Positions 1-11,488 of a stretch of 64,000 nt of DNA are shown here, piece by piece. Location of the stretch: positions 39,680,001 to 39,744,000 of the forward strand of contig OZ296652.1 in assembly GCA_965655095.1 (NCBI GenBank), given 5' to 3'. The translations under genes and the position numbers were made by a program. Under the pieces are notes generated by a model. The model searched no databases. It had not been told where the DNA came from and saw only the letters and a program-made list of their open reading frames with translations. How positions within the stretch are numbered: position 1 is the stretch's first letter; every line of letters begins with the position of its first letter. Source of the stretch: Haplodiscus bocki (lineage: Eukaryota).

Positions 1-1379
1 TAATCAAAATTTACAAAAGTTAATATGTTCTCTTCATCAACGATGTGCCCAATGTCATCAAAAGAAATAAGTATTTTGACTTTCTGTCCACAGTGTGATA
101 TGAGATCAACTTCCGGACGCGAAATTGAAAAAACTGCAAGCTTTGTAGGACCATATTGGGAGTCTTGTGTTTTGTTGCAGTTGTGCCTCGCTGCAACCAA
201 ATGGAAAAGATAGTCAATTTTGACAAAGGTTGAACGCTGAGCTCGGCTCGTAGGCAGGCATTGGTGAGAACTTTCACCAATGGTTAAGTACGTTGGATCC
301 TGGAAGAAACGAGTTGCTGTTGCTGAGAACGATTTCTAAAGAATGATTTTTCAGAGAGGAAAAGTCATGCTTATTTGTGATATTAACGAATCCATACCTA
401 CCTTATATGGACAAATTTTCTATTTTGGGTCAAAGACATAACGAATTGCATATATGGAAGGTGATTCCTATTTTAAAGACTTGGTACAAATTTTAGTACT
501 TTTTTGTTTCTCGGAGTCATCTGTTCAGAAATCCCATTAAGCTATCAGACATTAACTGTTATGGAACATTCGATTCCCAACGTGACGCAAAAATCCGGAG
601 AAACGTCTCTTTAATTCTGTTCTGTGCAACAAGTTGTTTTGAATAATGGGAACCAAAATTGTCTCTCAGTGAGAATTCGAAAAAGAGAATAAGAATCAGT
701 TTTCGTTTCAAAAACTTCAGAACTTGTCAGAATTTTTTTACCAACTTACAGCGCGTCAGAGTTGGAATTAGTAATACTCTTTGATGATCAGATTTTGAAT
801 TAGGAAGTTTCTTGATTTGTATAGTTATATGCGTTACAACACAGTGATTGAGTTGTTAAAAAAATGTTGGGTTCAGTAGGTTCGTTATGTTGGTGTATGC
901 CAACAGATCGCATGGATATTCCAATGAATCTCTGATCGTAAGCATTCAGCTTGTACACTAAATATTCTTTGTTATACACAAATTTTTTATGGAGCTCTTT
1001 TTGATTGACAGTTGAAACGAGAATAAATTTGATGAACAAACATTTTTTTGCAGACAAGCTGCCTCTTTATCAGGTGGATATGTTGTAATTGGGTGTTTTT
1101 CCAGAACAACGTGTCTAATGACTAAGGGAATCTGATCCATTTGATTGGTTTTCGCAGACAGACTGTCGCTTATACGGAGGATCAATGCTCCACTTGGCTA
1201 ATTTTGTAAGATAGACTATCATCATTCCAGGACCTTTAGTTTGACTTAATTAGGTTTCTACTGTTGTTTTTTTGTCGGTATCACACACGATAGATTGATT
1301 GATGTCAATCTTTTCTCTTGGTATTATGAGAACCAGTCCGTCGTTTCAAGGTAACTTTGCGTATTGTTCCTTTTTATGA
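1..1379 (+). pseudogene. Decayed Cys/Trp-rich ORF relic(s), probably from a Polinton-like/viral element
   Basis: Plus-strand frames read as protein-like through scattered stops: KNCKLCRTILGVLCFVAVVPRCNQMEKIVNFDKG*TLSSARRQALVRTF (~130-280) and IRWICCNWVFFQNN...DLIRFLLLFFCRYHTR*ID*CQSFLLGIMRTSPSFQGNFAYCSFL* ending at TGA 1377-1379. The family assignment is from recall only. Confidence 0.3.
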
Positions 1380-1450
1380 ATATTTCCAATTTTTCCTTCT
1401 TTTTGTTTGATTCCGTATGTTTTAAAAAAAGAAAAATGGTCCTTAGTCAC

Positions 1451-1458
1451 TATATAAG
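1451..1458 (+). promoter_or_regulatory. TATA-like box (TATATAAG) upstream of the zinc-finger relic
   Basis: TATATAAG lies between the stop at 1379 and the degenerate start of the ZnF relic at 1554. It is weak evidence in AT-rich DNA. Confidence 0.2.
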
Positions 1459-1550
1459 CGTCAGTATTACCGTTGCATTGTAACATTCCAGTTGGATTTT
1501 TTAAAAATCATATCATTTATCTAAGATTATTTTCTCAGACAATCATTACT

Positions 1551-1700
1551 GAAAAGCCACGTCTCAATCGCAACAAAAAAATTTCTTGTGACAAGTGTGA
1601 AACACAAACTAGAAGAAGCAATTTTGGACGGCATAGGAAGCGAAGTTCAACTGGGCACTTCATTATACTCAGTGTCGCAATTTCCCAACAACTTCCCAGA
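1551..1700 (+). pseudogene. Zinc-finger gene fragment (CxxC...H, second finger decayed); standalone paralog of the satellite ZnF segment
   Basis: Reads EKPRLNRNKKISCDKCETQTRRSNFGRHRKRSSTG..TQCRNFPT, with AAG at 1554 in place of ATG. It aligns at the DNA level with the satellite segment ctgaaatgccctctctcggtcgc...ttgtgacaattgtgg...acaagaagccattttgg...caatttctcaaca. Confidence 0.6.
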
Positions 1701-2019
1701 CTCAGTTCTCATTGCTTATTTAGTTTTTTCAGAAGACCATTGATTTTTGACTGCATTTTTTGTTGACAACAGTCAGGCGCCTTTGAACAATTGAGCCCTC
1801 CTGAAAACTGTAATTTGTCTTCTTGCAAACGACGAATTGCAAAACACGCTTCAAGCACTTTTTACTCTAGTAATTTACCCAGTTATCTCTGTAGTTTCTG
1901 TTGAGTGTCAGGATTCTGCTACTTTGACCGGTAAGAGCACATTTTGTACTGCTTTCAATTTATGTGGTGCATTTCGTTCGGTGTAAGTTCTATGTTTGAA
2001 AGTGGTTTCCTTTCACAGG

Positions 2020-2135
2020 TTAGGTCCAATTTATTCAAATAACAATCAACGACGTGGTCACTCCACGCTTTTCTCACTGTATATTGATCACTTTTTGCCT
2101 CCAAACACCTACAGAACTGTTTTAAACATTTGATA
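2020..2135. repeat. Distant standalone paralog of the satellite internal-repeat segment
   Basis: The 16-mer CGACGTGGTCACTCCA at 2050-2065 is identical to 15250-15265. ACATTTGA follows 61 bp later here versus 62 bp later in the monomer at 29330-29392. Confidence 0.45.
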
Positions 2136-3749
2136 TTTGTGCATCAGTATGCCTGAACGTTTGCACGACGTTTCGTCCACAGAGTTTTCTGGTATGGTTT
2201 TGGTCTGAAATCTGTGCCCATATACGTACATGTAATTATTATGTTAACCTTCTGTAGTTCAATCAAGTCAATTATTGACTGAGAATCAATATAGGATGTT
2301 TTTGTTTCATTGATAATCAAGAAGTCAATTTAGCGTGATTTTCAAGCTAAACTCAAACAACTGAGTACCAACAGTTAATAGGTGGGCCTTGATCTGATAT
2401 CAAAGCTTTTAGTTTTTTAACCAATTTTTATTCACAAGACGGATGGTTCTCAGTATAACTCTCTGTCTTTGCCAATTATTTTATAACTTTTTCCCACATT
2501 GTCCTGAATCTGTTGCAGGTAGGAAGAACAATTTTTCAAAACACCCATCAGTACGGAAAAAATTGATTGATCTGCTCGTTTTTTTGTCTTTCTGTTTCAA
2601 TTTTCCCCTTGAACCTGCATGTGCTGTAGGCAAAACTTGAGGTTCAAGTCAAGAACAGGAGCCAGACACAAGACCTTGTCTTCTAGCTATGAATAGAAAT
2701 CAATTAAACTAGCGATATGAAGCTTAGGCTTTCATGCATTTTGAATATTGAGCTAAGTTTTTTGCAACGAAAAATTTTGCATGCATGCTTGGCTTCATTT
2801 TCGATTATTTTACTAGACAACCCCAAAAGAGTCCTGAAAGCACACTCTCATTGTCAATTTCCAAAATACTGCTGTGGTATCTTACAGTGTTGCGGATTCC
2901 GTTGTTGAAGGTTGTGCATGGAAACCAGTTTTCTGTCACATTGGTGAGCTGTTGCCGCAGAATTCCTGCTTAATCGTAGCCATGAAAGATAATAGAATAT
3001 GAAAAACCTCTGAACAATGTGGCTTACGAGTCTGACTGTATGGTTGAGGACTGCAACAAGCAGTGAATATTTTTTGGTTATCGAAGTTTTTTTTTGAAAA
3101 GTTGAACCGTTGAATTACATTTAGCAATTCATGTTTTTGAACGTTTTATGCGAGTATGATGATTAGGAAAGAGAAAATTGATTACTGGAACATAGGTTCA
3201 GACAGTGAACAACTCATTTTTAAATTTTTTAAATTCTGAAAACCAACTTTCGAAAAAAACTGTTGCAGTGCACAAATTTAGCCCCAAAACTCCATCCATA
3301 TATAAAGAATGAACTAAAAGTCCATGCTTTTACATTATCAAAAACCTTGTTCTTCATAATTATTTTATAATACATTGTACAAAGAGCGATCCAAAAACAA
3401 CACTCAAAGCTTTTTTTAAACCAAATGCTGGTAAAAATACATTAGAGACATGAATTATCATAGCAATTGAGTGTCAGCGGGCGTGAAAGAAAGCGATTAA
3501 GAGCTCCTTCATTGATCGTTTTCTGCTTTTATAGCTCGTATTTCCTTTTATAGTCTTTCCATTTATGGTCTATTGAAATAATTAACACTTGCTACGTAGT
3601 TTTTGACATTATTCGTTTTGTATTGCTACATTCAAGTTGCTTCAATCATTACGTTTATATTAGACTTTCGTCATAAACTTTTGTTCTGCAGGCGTCATCG
3701 AGGTACATCTTTTCTTAATGCATATCCTAATTCTTCTTTATAATACTAA

Positions 3750-4917
3750 AATGCCCAACCATAACCTATTTCAAAACATTGCTGAAAATTAGGCTATTTG
3801 AATGATTTATCGAGCATTTCCCTATGTCAAAACACTACCAATTTTTACCAAATCTTCATACATTGCCGATCTACAAACCTTATTCAATACGTTACCGAAC
3901 TGTAACTTAACTTAATACATTGCCAAACGATCTTTCCGCATACAGTTTAGTCACAATTGTACCCGAGGCGAAATAAACTATCTGCAGGCGTAATACGTTA
4001 TCCTCCGGGGCGCTTGTCAAGGACAGGTAGAACTTTTTTGGAAAAAGCCCGTTTCTTGGAAAAAAATATTCTCAGAGTGCCGAAAATGAGCCATTAGACC
4101 CCAATCCGTATCTTGATACGTTGCAAAACTGTATAGTTCATACTATTACATTCTCCAATGTCAATTCTTATCCTAACACTTTTCCATATTTGATTCCTTA
4201 TGTCGATACATTGTTCTTCATTTCGAAAGAACTAGTCTCACAGAGCCGAAAATGAGACCGACTCCCAATCTTTATACGTTGCAAAAGACGTATAGCCTCT
4301 CTCAATAGATTACGGAACTCGGGCAACTCTAGTGTATTGCTCAGTTTAATCTTTGACTCGGACCACCTATCTTACTACATTGCTACCTTTCTTAAAATGT
4401 TGTACTAAAACCATACCCTATCTTCATACATTGGCGAAGTACCTCTTTGCTTGGCAAAAATTCAAAACAGTGTCCACAGGCGTCATAATTAGTCCACGCC
4501 GTAAAAGTTATACACGGGGCACGGGAAAAAATTTCGAAAAATTCTCGATTCAATTTCGAAGTACCCAGAATGAAGCATTCAGAGCACTTCCTATCTTTAT
4601 ACATGGATTTGTATATTAGTGCATTGCCGAACTAAACACTATCTTAACACATTGCCGAACTGTACGCTATAATAATACATTACCGTCAACCAAAAACTCT
4701 TGGCAGCCAATGAAATCCAAGCACCAAATTTTTCGTCAGCCAATCAGAATTAAGTATTACAAAACCCGAGTACTCAGCCAATCAGAATCGTTTAATACGA
4801 CAAGGAACAAATTTTGGCTAGGGTGGAGGTCCTTTCTCGGCTCCTGGCTCCAGTCAGCTTGCTATAACTTGTCCTTTTACATAGGGACCTCTAGCCCCCC
4901 GACTGATCTGCTCACAC
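3750..4917 (+). repeat. Non-coding interspersed repeat with ~28-bp subrepeats and clustered CCAAT motifs
   Basis: ATACATTGCCGAACT-like units at 3861/3890/3918 and 4622/4650/4678 (28-29 bp period), with more at ~4115, 4273 and 4425. CAGCCAAT(C/G)A(G/A)AT occurs at 4704, 4737 and 4775. A related inverted copy lies at ~9180-9540. Boundaries are approximate. Confidence 0.6.
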
Positions 4918-6762
4918 AAGGACCACATCTAACACATCAAACTTGTTGAAGAAACTGACAACACAAAAGAAGCTTCCTCTCATGATACTCACAACCTAAC
5001 AAAAAAAAGCAGCTAGCAGAACTGCAAAACAATGTAATGGCAGCCAACGGGATTGACAAGACAAATTACCAGGACAAAACTATGTCAACCAGAGACACAA
5101 AAGTTATAATCAAAGGTATCAAAAGCTAAGTAAATCGATGAGCATTCCCGAGGTGATGTCTATAGACGGTCAGCCGCCTCCGCTATCAATGAAAAAGCCG
5201 AATTACTGAACGATTCTTTCCAATCTGAGTACTCTCTGAAAAGAAACTTCAACGTAAAAATAATTCATACTGAGAACATAACCATAACAAACTTCAGTGC
5301 AACCCAAGAAAAAGAAATCCATCAAGTTTCGATAGGACTTGACGTCATGAAATCGAGACACCCAAGTGGGTATCCACCCTCAATATAAGAAAAATCATTT
5401 AAGAGAAAGAGCAAATCTGCAAATTATCATGAGGAACATAAAATATCTCCGGAAGTTACCGAAAAACTGGAACATTGCCACTAGAACGCCAATTGTCAAG
5501 AAAACCGACAAAAAATGGTGGGGAAATGTCGGCCCCTATCGGTGCTTAACAAAGACAGCGAAGTTTCTGAGAAATGTATTTCTAGAGTCTTGTTTGACCA
5601 CTTCGTGGAGCTCCTGACCAAACACCAGCATGGTTTCATTCGGAAAAGATCAGTGACAACAATTATGCGATGCTTTCTCCAAAGAATCTACACGGCTTTG
5701 AACAGACTCAAATAATGACATAACTGTTTTCTACCCTGACTTCTGAAAAGCATTCGATGAATTGCTGCACAATTTTTTTCTCAAAACGTGAACCAAATGG
5801 GAGTAAGAAGGTGCCTATTTGACGTGCTTTATGATTATCTGGAAGATAGCAAGCAGTTCGTGCAAGCAGCCAACGTCAGTTCCAACTTTCAATCAACAAC
5901 CAGTTGAGTTCTGCAAAGGCCTTTGCTAGAACCGTTTTTGTTTTGAATTTTTATCAACGACTTATCAGATGTCCTTCGCATCAGTGAACCAAATATGTTT
6001 ACGGTTGATTTGAAAATACTAGAAAGCTGCAGCAGTCGAAGTGACGTTCAAAAGATCATCGATGCAAATGACTCTTGGGTTTGAACAAACCACATGGAAT
6101 TGGCAATTGATACGTATTCGACGCTGGAAATTCGCGGAACAAAAAAAATATTTCACCTCCTTGAAAGACCTTTAAAGAATGACAGTGCACTTACGAAGCT
6201 TCAGAAAAACTGTTAGTAAAACTTTTCATGGCCAACTCACACGAACGACAGATTAAGAAAACCAGAAAAAAGCTGTTAACTGGATAACGGGGCACTATGA
6301 AGACTACACGAGCCAGCTGCGGCTCTGGAACTTTCTTCCACTACCAATGTACCTCCACTTGAACAATCCTCTAACGCTTTCAAAAATGGTCACGGAAAAT
6401 TTTGAACTGATTGGCCTACGTGAATTTACTGAGTTGAGACCAAGAAAACCAGAGGTCTTCAATCCACAGAAACGAAGAATCGAAATAACCAGAATTGATT
6501 TTGTTTATAGAAACTGCAGAAAAACTAACAGAACCGACAATGAAGTGAACTTCTCGAAAACTCAAGGGCTGAAAAAACGACCGGTGGAACTGATGAGGAA
6601 AGAAGTTAACGGCAAATTCTCTGAACAAAAGAGCTGCACTTGGCAGCTCTGCTGTGACAGTCAAAGATGCAAAAGTAAATGGATGCGACGGAGAGTGATC
6701 CCGTCAACGAAAAGTCGTAAATCCACATCAACAACAACAACCACAACAACGACGTCAACAAA
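4918..6762 (+). mobile_element. 5'-truncated, decayed CR1/L2-clade non-LTR retrotransposon (ORF2 RT and C-terminal domain)
   Basis: Degenerate ORF2 motifs appear in the expected order: EKAELLNDSFQS (5191), WNIATRTPIVKK, CRPLSVLNKDSEVSEKCI, LTKHQHGFIRKRSVTT, FYPDF*KAFD (~5730), S*VLQRPLLEPFLF*IFINDL (the GVPQGS.LGP.LF.IFINDL motif, ~5902), MFTVDLKI (the FADD site, ~5995), then YTSQLRLWNFLPLPMYL and CTWQLCCD..RC, followed by a (CAA)n tail. Confidence 0.9.
6729..6760 (+). repeat. Imperfect (CAA)n microsatellite, likely the LINE 3' tail
   Basis: caacaacaacaaccacaacaacgacgtcaaca lies just after the LINE C-terminal domain. CR1/L2 elements end in short tandem repeats. Confidence 0.7.
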
Positions 6763-9179
6763 TTACTTCTCAGTTCTTGACAAAAAAAATGGAAATGTAA
6801 AAGCACACATAGTACTGTCTTCAACAATTGATTAGTGATTGGCAATGAAAAATATGTATAATCGAGCACCACGTGTATGTACTTAGTGACATTGTTCCAC
6901 AGCATGGATCAATGTGGGTACCACAAAGCTTTGTGAGGCAACAAACGCAATTTCAAGTTACTGGTTATATCAAAAGAGATGTAGAAAAATCAGAACCTTG
7001 CTCACCTCGGATAGACGTCAATTTAGACATACAGAGGTCGAATGCATAAACCTTCTAAACCTTGAAGTTTCCTACCATCTGAAGTAAACTAGTGCTCAAA
7101 AACTTTTCAACCTCAAATCATAACCAGCATAGACTTTTTTTCTGGAAAATGGCAGAAGTGCAACCGTAAATCAATATCCGAGTTAAAAAATCTGGCTTTC
7201 ATGAAATAGGTGTAAAAATTTAGCAGGACATCTTCTGATGCAAAACGTTGAAGCAAGGCTACAAGAGATTAGATCACGATAGGAAAAACTTGATTGATAA
7301 TTCGCAAGGTGTTGTCAAAATGAATGTCGAAAGTTTACTGTTTTCCAATGTCAAAATACTTTGCAACTGATGAAGAAGAACGGATTCCATAATAATTCAA
7401 AAGAAACAAAGTGTTGTTTCCCAAAAATCAACGTCAGCATGTTAACAGTCAAACTTTCAAAAAAAAATATGTAACTCAGGAGGTGCCAAAATGGACTCCC
7501 CCTCGCTCGGTTTTTGCAACAACATATTTATCATCAGGGCAGAGAAAGGTTTGTAAAATACCGCACAGATTGGGCGTGGGAGGGGAATTGTTACTATATA
7601 TTATAAGCAGGTGCGGTCAACCAAAATTGCACTGGGGAAATCTAAGTCCAATTTGGTGGAGAGTGGACTCAAAACTACGGTTCTTAACACACTGACGGAT
7701 TTTTCGTTGAAAAACTTAAACCATGTCGGAAAAATTCCTCTGAAAACATAGAGTTCCCTTTTCATGAACAAACGTCAAAAGTTTTTGTCCTCAAATGCGT
7801 TATTCAAACCCTAAAAAGACAAAACAATCCTCCTTAGTGTGACCTGAAAGCCGAACGATCTCTGTGATTTCAGGCCATTCCACTATAGTTATTTGGTTGG
7901 GCTGACCCCAATCGGTTCCTGGTAACCAATTTGATTTTTTGCACAAAATTCCAGAAAGCTTCCAAAAAAGCCTTTCCAAAAGTTCACTGAAAAACGGGCA
8001 AACTGAGACAAATTGTCAAGTTCCAGCAAAAGGTTTACTTCGGGCACAAGAAAACATTTGATACACGATCCAACTTACTGAAAAAAGGAATAGTGCTGAT
8101 TGAGCAGAAAATTACTTTTTTAAACTTTGTGATAAATTTGCAGGGAGCAGGCAGCTTTTGAGTTGCTTCAGCTCTAGACACCCATTTGTTTGTTGAATGA
8201 GTTCGAAAGCAGTGACGTGTCTTCGAAACAGAGCTAGCAATTTTTCTCAAACAGTTTTCCTTTTTTTAACCACGATAAGATTTTATTGCTATGTTTGTAC
8301 GGATGGTTACGGGGCATTGATTGAATTTTCCGATTTTTTCAATCAATGACAACAAAAAATTTTCATCATGTTATTATAGTTGATCGATTGGTGAAGGCAT
8401 CGGAGTTACATCATTTAGCTTTTCTACGAGGTTCTTTTGGTTCATCAACTTTTTGTCATTTTTCTGAGAAGCATCATTGTTTCTTAAGCCGGTTTTAACT
8501 TCCTTCTGAAAATTTTCTAGTGCACTCTTTTTAAGAATCCTTCGAAGCTCTCTTAGATTATCAAAAACTTTTTTTTCAAAAAAAGTATAATCACCAATTC
8601 GCCTAGTTTAATAAACCTTTTCTACGAGTCCCCACCGTTGCAGCTAATGCAACTGATGTCCCAACAAATTAATTCAACGCTGAGACAGCTTCGTGAAAAA
8701 CATGTTTTAGAATTTTTGCTTTCTCTGAATTAGGTAGCCCGCTTGCCAGGATATAATCAGCTGCTTTTGTTTTTCATTCAGAGTGTTTTTGTCTAGTGGG
8801 ACAATCCCAAGGGTAGCAGAAACTTAATGTTCTTTAAAGAAACGGTCAGTTTCAGTCAATTCAAGGACACCACGATCAGTTTTTTGATTGATATTGTTGG
8901 GTATCACATGATCAAATGTAGTCAATTAGTTCAAGACTTCTAGAAAGAAACATGGTTTTCCAGCATTGTCCAGTTATTGCAAGGAAGCTTCATCAGTCGC
9001 TCCCATGAAACAAATTACTCATTGGAAGTTGAGTTTTGAACACAGAACTATCTCAAGTTTCTATTGTATTCTTGTTGGTTCCTATTCAAATGGTGTCTTA
9101 GTCCAAGGCTACTGTATTCGTTTTTAGCAACGAAGTGAGTCAATCACGTGGGGAGTGGTTGAGTCTCCAAGTAACAAGG

Positions 9180-9540
9180 TAGGCTTTTGACCCTGAGTCC
9201 CGAGTCTGGTTATCTACCAAGGTATCAAGGTAGGATAATGTTTGGCCATGTATCGAGGTAGGGTATGTGTTTGGTTCCTGGCAAAAACTGATTCAATGTG
9301 GTAATATGGGAGGTCAGAGTCAATGCTTTAAGGGTGGCATTGTATGAAAATAGGTACCCAAAGGGTGTGCGAATTAGGTAAGGTAATAAGATAGTGACCC
9401 AGGTTATGTCCGAATTAAGTAGAAAGGTAGTTTTTGAAAAAGGAGCAATTTATAAAAAGTAGGCGTCTTTTCGGCATTTTGAGACCTTTTTCAAAAATTT
9501 TTTCGTGAAGTTTTTTGACAAACCCCGGATATTTAACAAC
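9180..9540 (-). repeat. Inverted, diverged copy of the 3750-4917 repeat family
   Basis: The reverse complement of ~9460-9537 (gttaaatatccggggtttgtcaa...ctcaaaatgccgaaaa) matches ~3997-4090 (gttatcctccggggcgcttgtcaa...ctcagagtgccgaaaa). The reverse complement of 9241-9270 (acataccctacctcgatacatggccaaa) matches 4411-4438. Confidence 0.55.
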
Positions 9541-9829
9541 ATAGTTGGATATTCTACGATGTGGGTGGATTTTTCGATACGCCAGTGGTTAGTTTTACGG
9601 CTCCGTATAGTTCTGTGATTTGGATATATGTAAAGTTTTTGCTGAATGATAATTTTTGAAGAGCGAATTAGAGAGTAGAAATAGCAACAAACGAATTGTA
9701 GCGCCTGCACAATGGCGTTAAAAACAATGAAAATTTCTAGGTCGTAACTTTTGATTGAGAGTCTACTAACATCGTGAACTCCAAATCCTCTGGTCTAAGC
9801 TTGAAGAGAAACAAACCTGAAAAGATTAT

Positions 9830-10316
9830 TTAGAAACCGCAAACTCTGAGAAGGGACGGTAAAAGCCCTGGCATCATCTGCCTCCGATGTTGCTTGGGGA
9901 AACTTTTGAATTCATCTCCCCTCCTAGAGTATCTATAAAAGTTGTTCTCTGACGAGATTTTGCGAGCGTTGTCCAATGCCACACCACATATTGCTGAATC
10001 TCGTAAATATAGTGGCAAAACTCTAAAATTAACCAGTCGAAAAACAATTTGAAAGGCTTCAACCAAAGTGCCGGGACTTGGATCAAGGCATTGGATAAGC
10101 ATTTTGCCGGTGACCAACCTTAGTGTTTCAAATAACATTTCCAACTTTACTAAACCTTTTAACTGCAGCCGGAGACTTCCGTTCTCCGAAATGAATAAAA
10201 CCCAACACGAGCTCCATGGGATAAGTAGAGTTTAGATTAAATCTTAATGGTGCTTCAAGAGGATCTGTGTTGGGACAATTTAAGACAGCATCTTGAAGTG
10301 AGACTAAATATAACAC
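9830..10316 (-). pseudogene. Frameshifted ORF relic of unknown function
   Basis: ORFs 10128-10316 and 9830-10144 overlap in tandem and read as one protein-like sequence (LYLVSLQDAVLNCPN...VFRLVNFRVLPLYLRDSAICGVALDNAR...). Confidence 0.3.
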
Positions 10317-11069
10317 CAGTTATTATTGGTTTTGAGGAGAAATCTCTTTGAAAGTTCCTTGCATCTGTTGTTGTAACATCAAAGCAACAATTATCCGCAG
10401 TGTCAAACTACAAATAATACATTTGGCACACCACTTCTGAAACTTTTATTCTGTCTGAGATCAAATTTAAGTTGAAACTCTTCACTTTTATCGTAGGGGC
10501 CAGTAAATGCAAAATTGGTGTTCTTTCCAGAAAGAATCAGTGGAGCCAGAGCATTTTTATAAAGGTTTTCTAGGAAAAACTGATTTTATCTGTCAGAATG
10601 ATAAAGTTTTTGCTAAAAACTCTAAAGAGTTAGAATCCAGGGCAGTATATGCAAACATAGCCACTCTTTTTCACTGAGGGTTTTGAAAAGTGTTGGTGAG
10701 ACTAAAATTTATCCTGCTGTACTACACAAAAATCGCATCCAAACTGTTTAATCACAATATATTTGGAGAGAAGATTTTTCCAAAAGCAACTGAAGCTATT
10801 CAACAAAGTGACAATGATTTGACACGAAAAGATTATGAGTGATGTCGAATAGGTTTGTCCGAAACAAACCCATATTTTTTTCTCCTGATTTTTGTCGTCA
10901 GAGGCACTTTTTGCCGGGAACTTCTTCTGATGATTTATCTCGCTCGTATGCTCAATTTGTCAAAGTTCCTTGACAATATTCACTACAGTTAAAAAGTCAA
11001 TTACGTAGAAACAGATTATTTACCTCACAAAACAAAACTCACATCCTTAAGTGATGCAATTTCTAGATA

Positions 11070-11488
11070 CCAGAAGCTTCTGCAATGCGCTGTGGGCATT
11101 GAAGGGTTTTCCTGTGGTGCAAAGAGTAAATTGAGTAAATTGAACTTGGATTTTTTTAAGGGCTTCGGGGTCTACAAAACTTCGGAATTTGTCGCAAGAA
11201 AATCATCCAAGTTTTCTACATCTTTATCCAATTTAGTGCTCAGACTCTTGAATTTTTTTGCTTCTTCTGGAAAACGTTTGCCATTTCTATGTCTACCCAA
11301 GAAGTGTAGAAACTCAATGTGCGAAAAAAATCTATACACTTTCCTTGTCTACCAAAAGGCCTGTGTTGTGTTTTCGTACTCGTACGGAGGACGAAATGCA
11401 GAACCCGTGACATTCCCATCGAAAAAACTCCCAATTCTCCATGATGATTTTTATCTGCGAGCCCAAAACCAAATACAATGGTAGGCAT
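11070..11488 (-). pseudogene. Small DEDD-type (DnaQ-like) 3'-5' exonuclease-like relic
   Basis: Joining across frameshifts gives MPTIVFGFGLADKN..ELGVFFDGNVTGSAFRPPYEYENTTQAFW*TR...KKFKSLSTKLDKDVENLDDF...YSLHHRKTLQC. This fits an N-terminal beta-strand hhDhE (ExoI, decayed to GFG), the xKELGh strand and a late H-x-x-x-x-x-C region. The catalytic acids are lost, and the call is pattern-based. Confidence 0.4.

Noticed and set aside
6347-6835. 162-aa ORF as an independent gene with a poly-Thr tract
   Set aside because: It is the LINE ORF2 C-terminal domain reading through the (CAA)n tail.
6780-9180. Possible LTR-retrotransposon or transposase fragments
   Set aside because: Some frames look protein-like, but I found no protease, RT, RNase H, integrase or DDE motif.
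11092-11484. 130-aa plus-strand ORF
   Set aside because: It is the antisense shadow of the minus-strand exonuclease-like relic and has no recognisable features.
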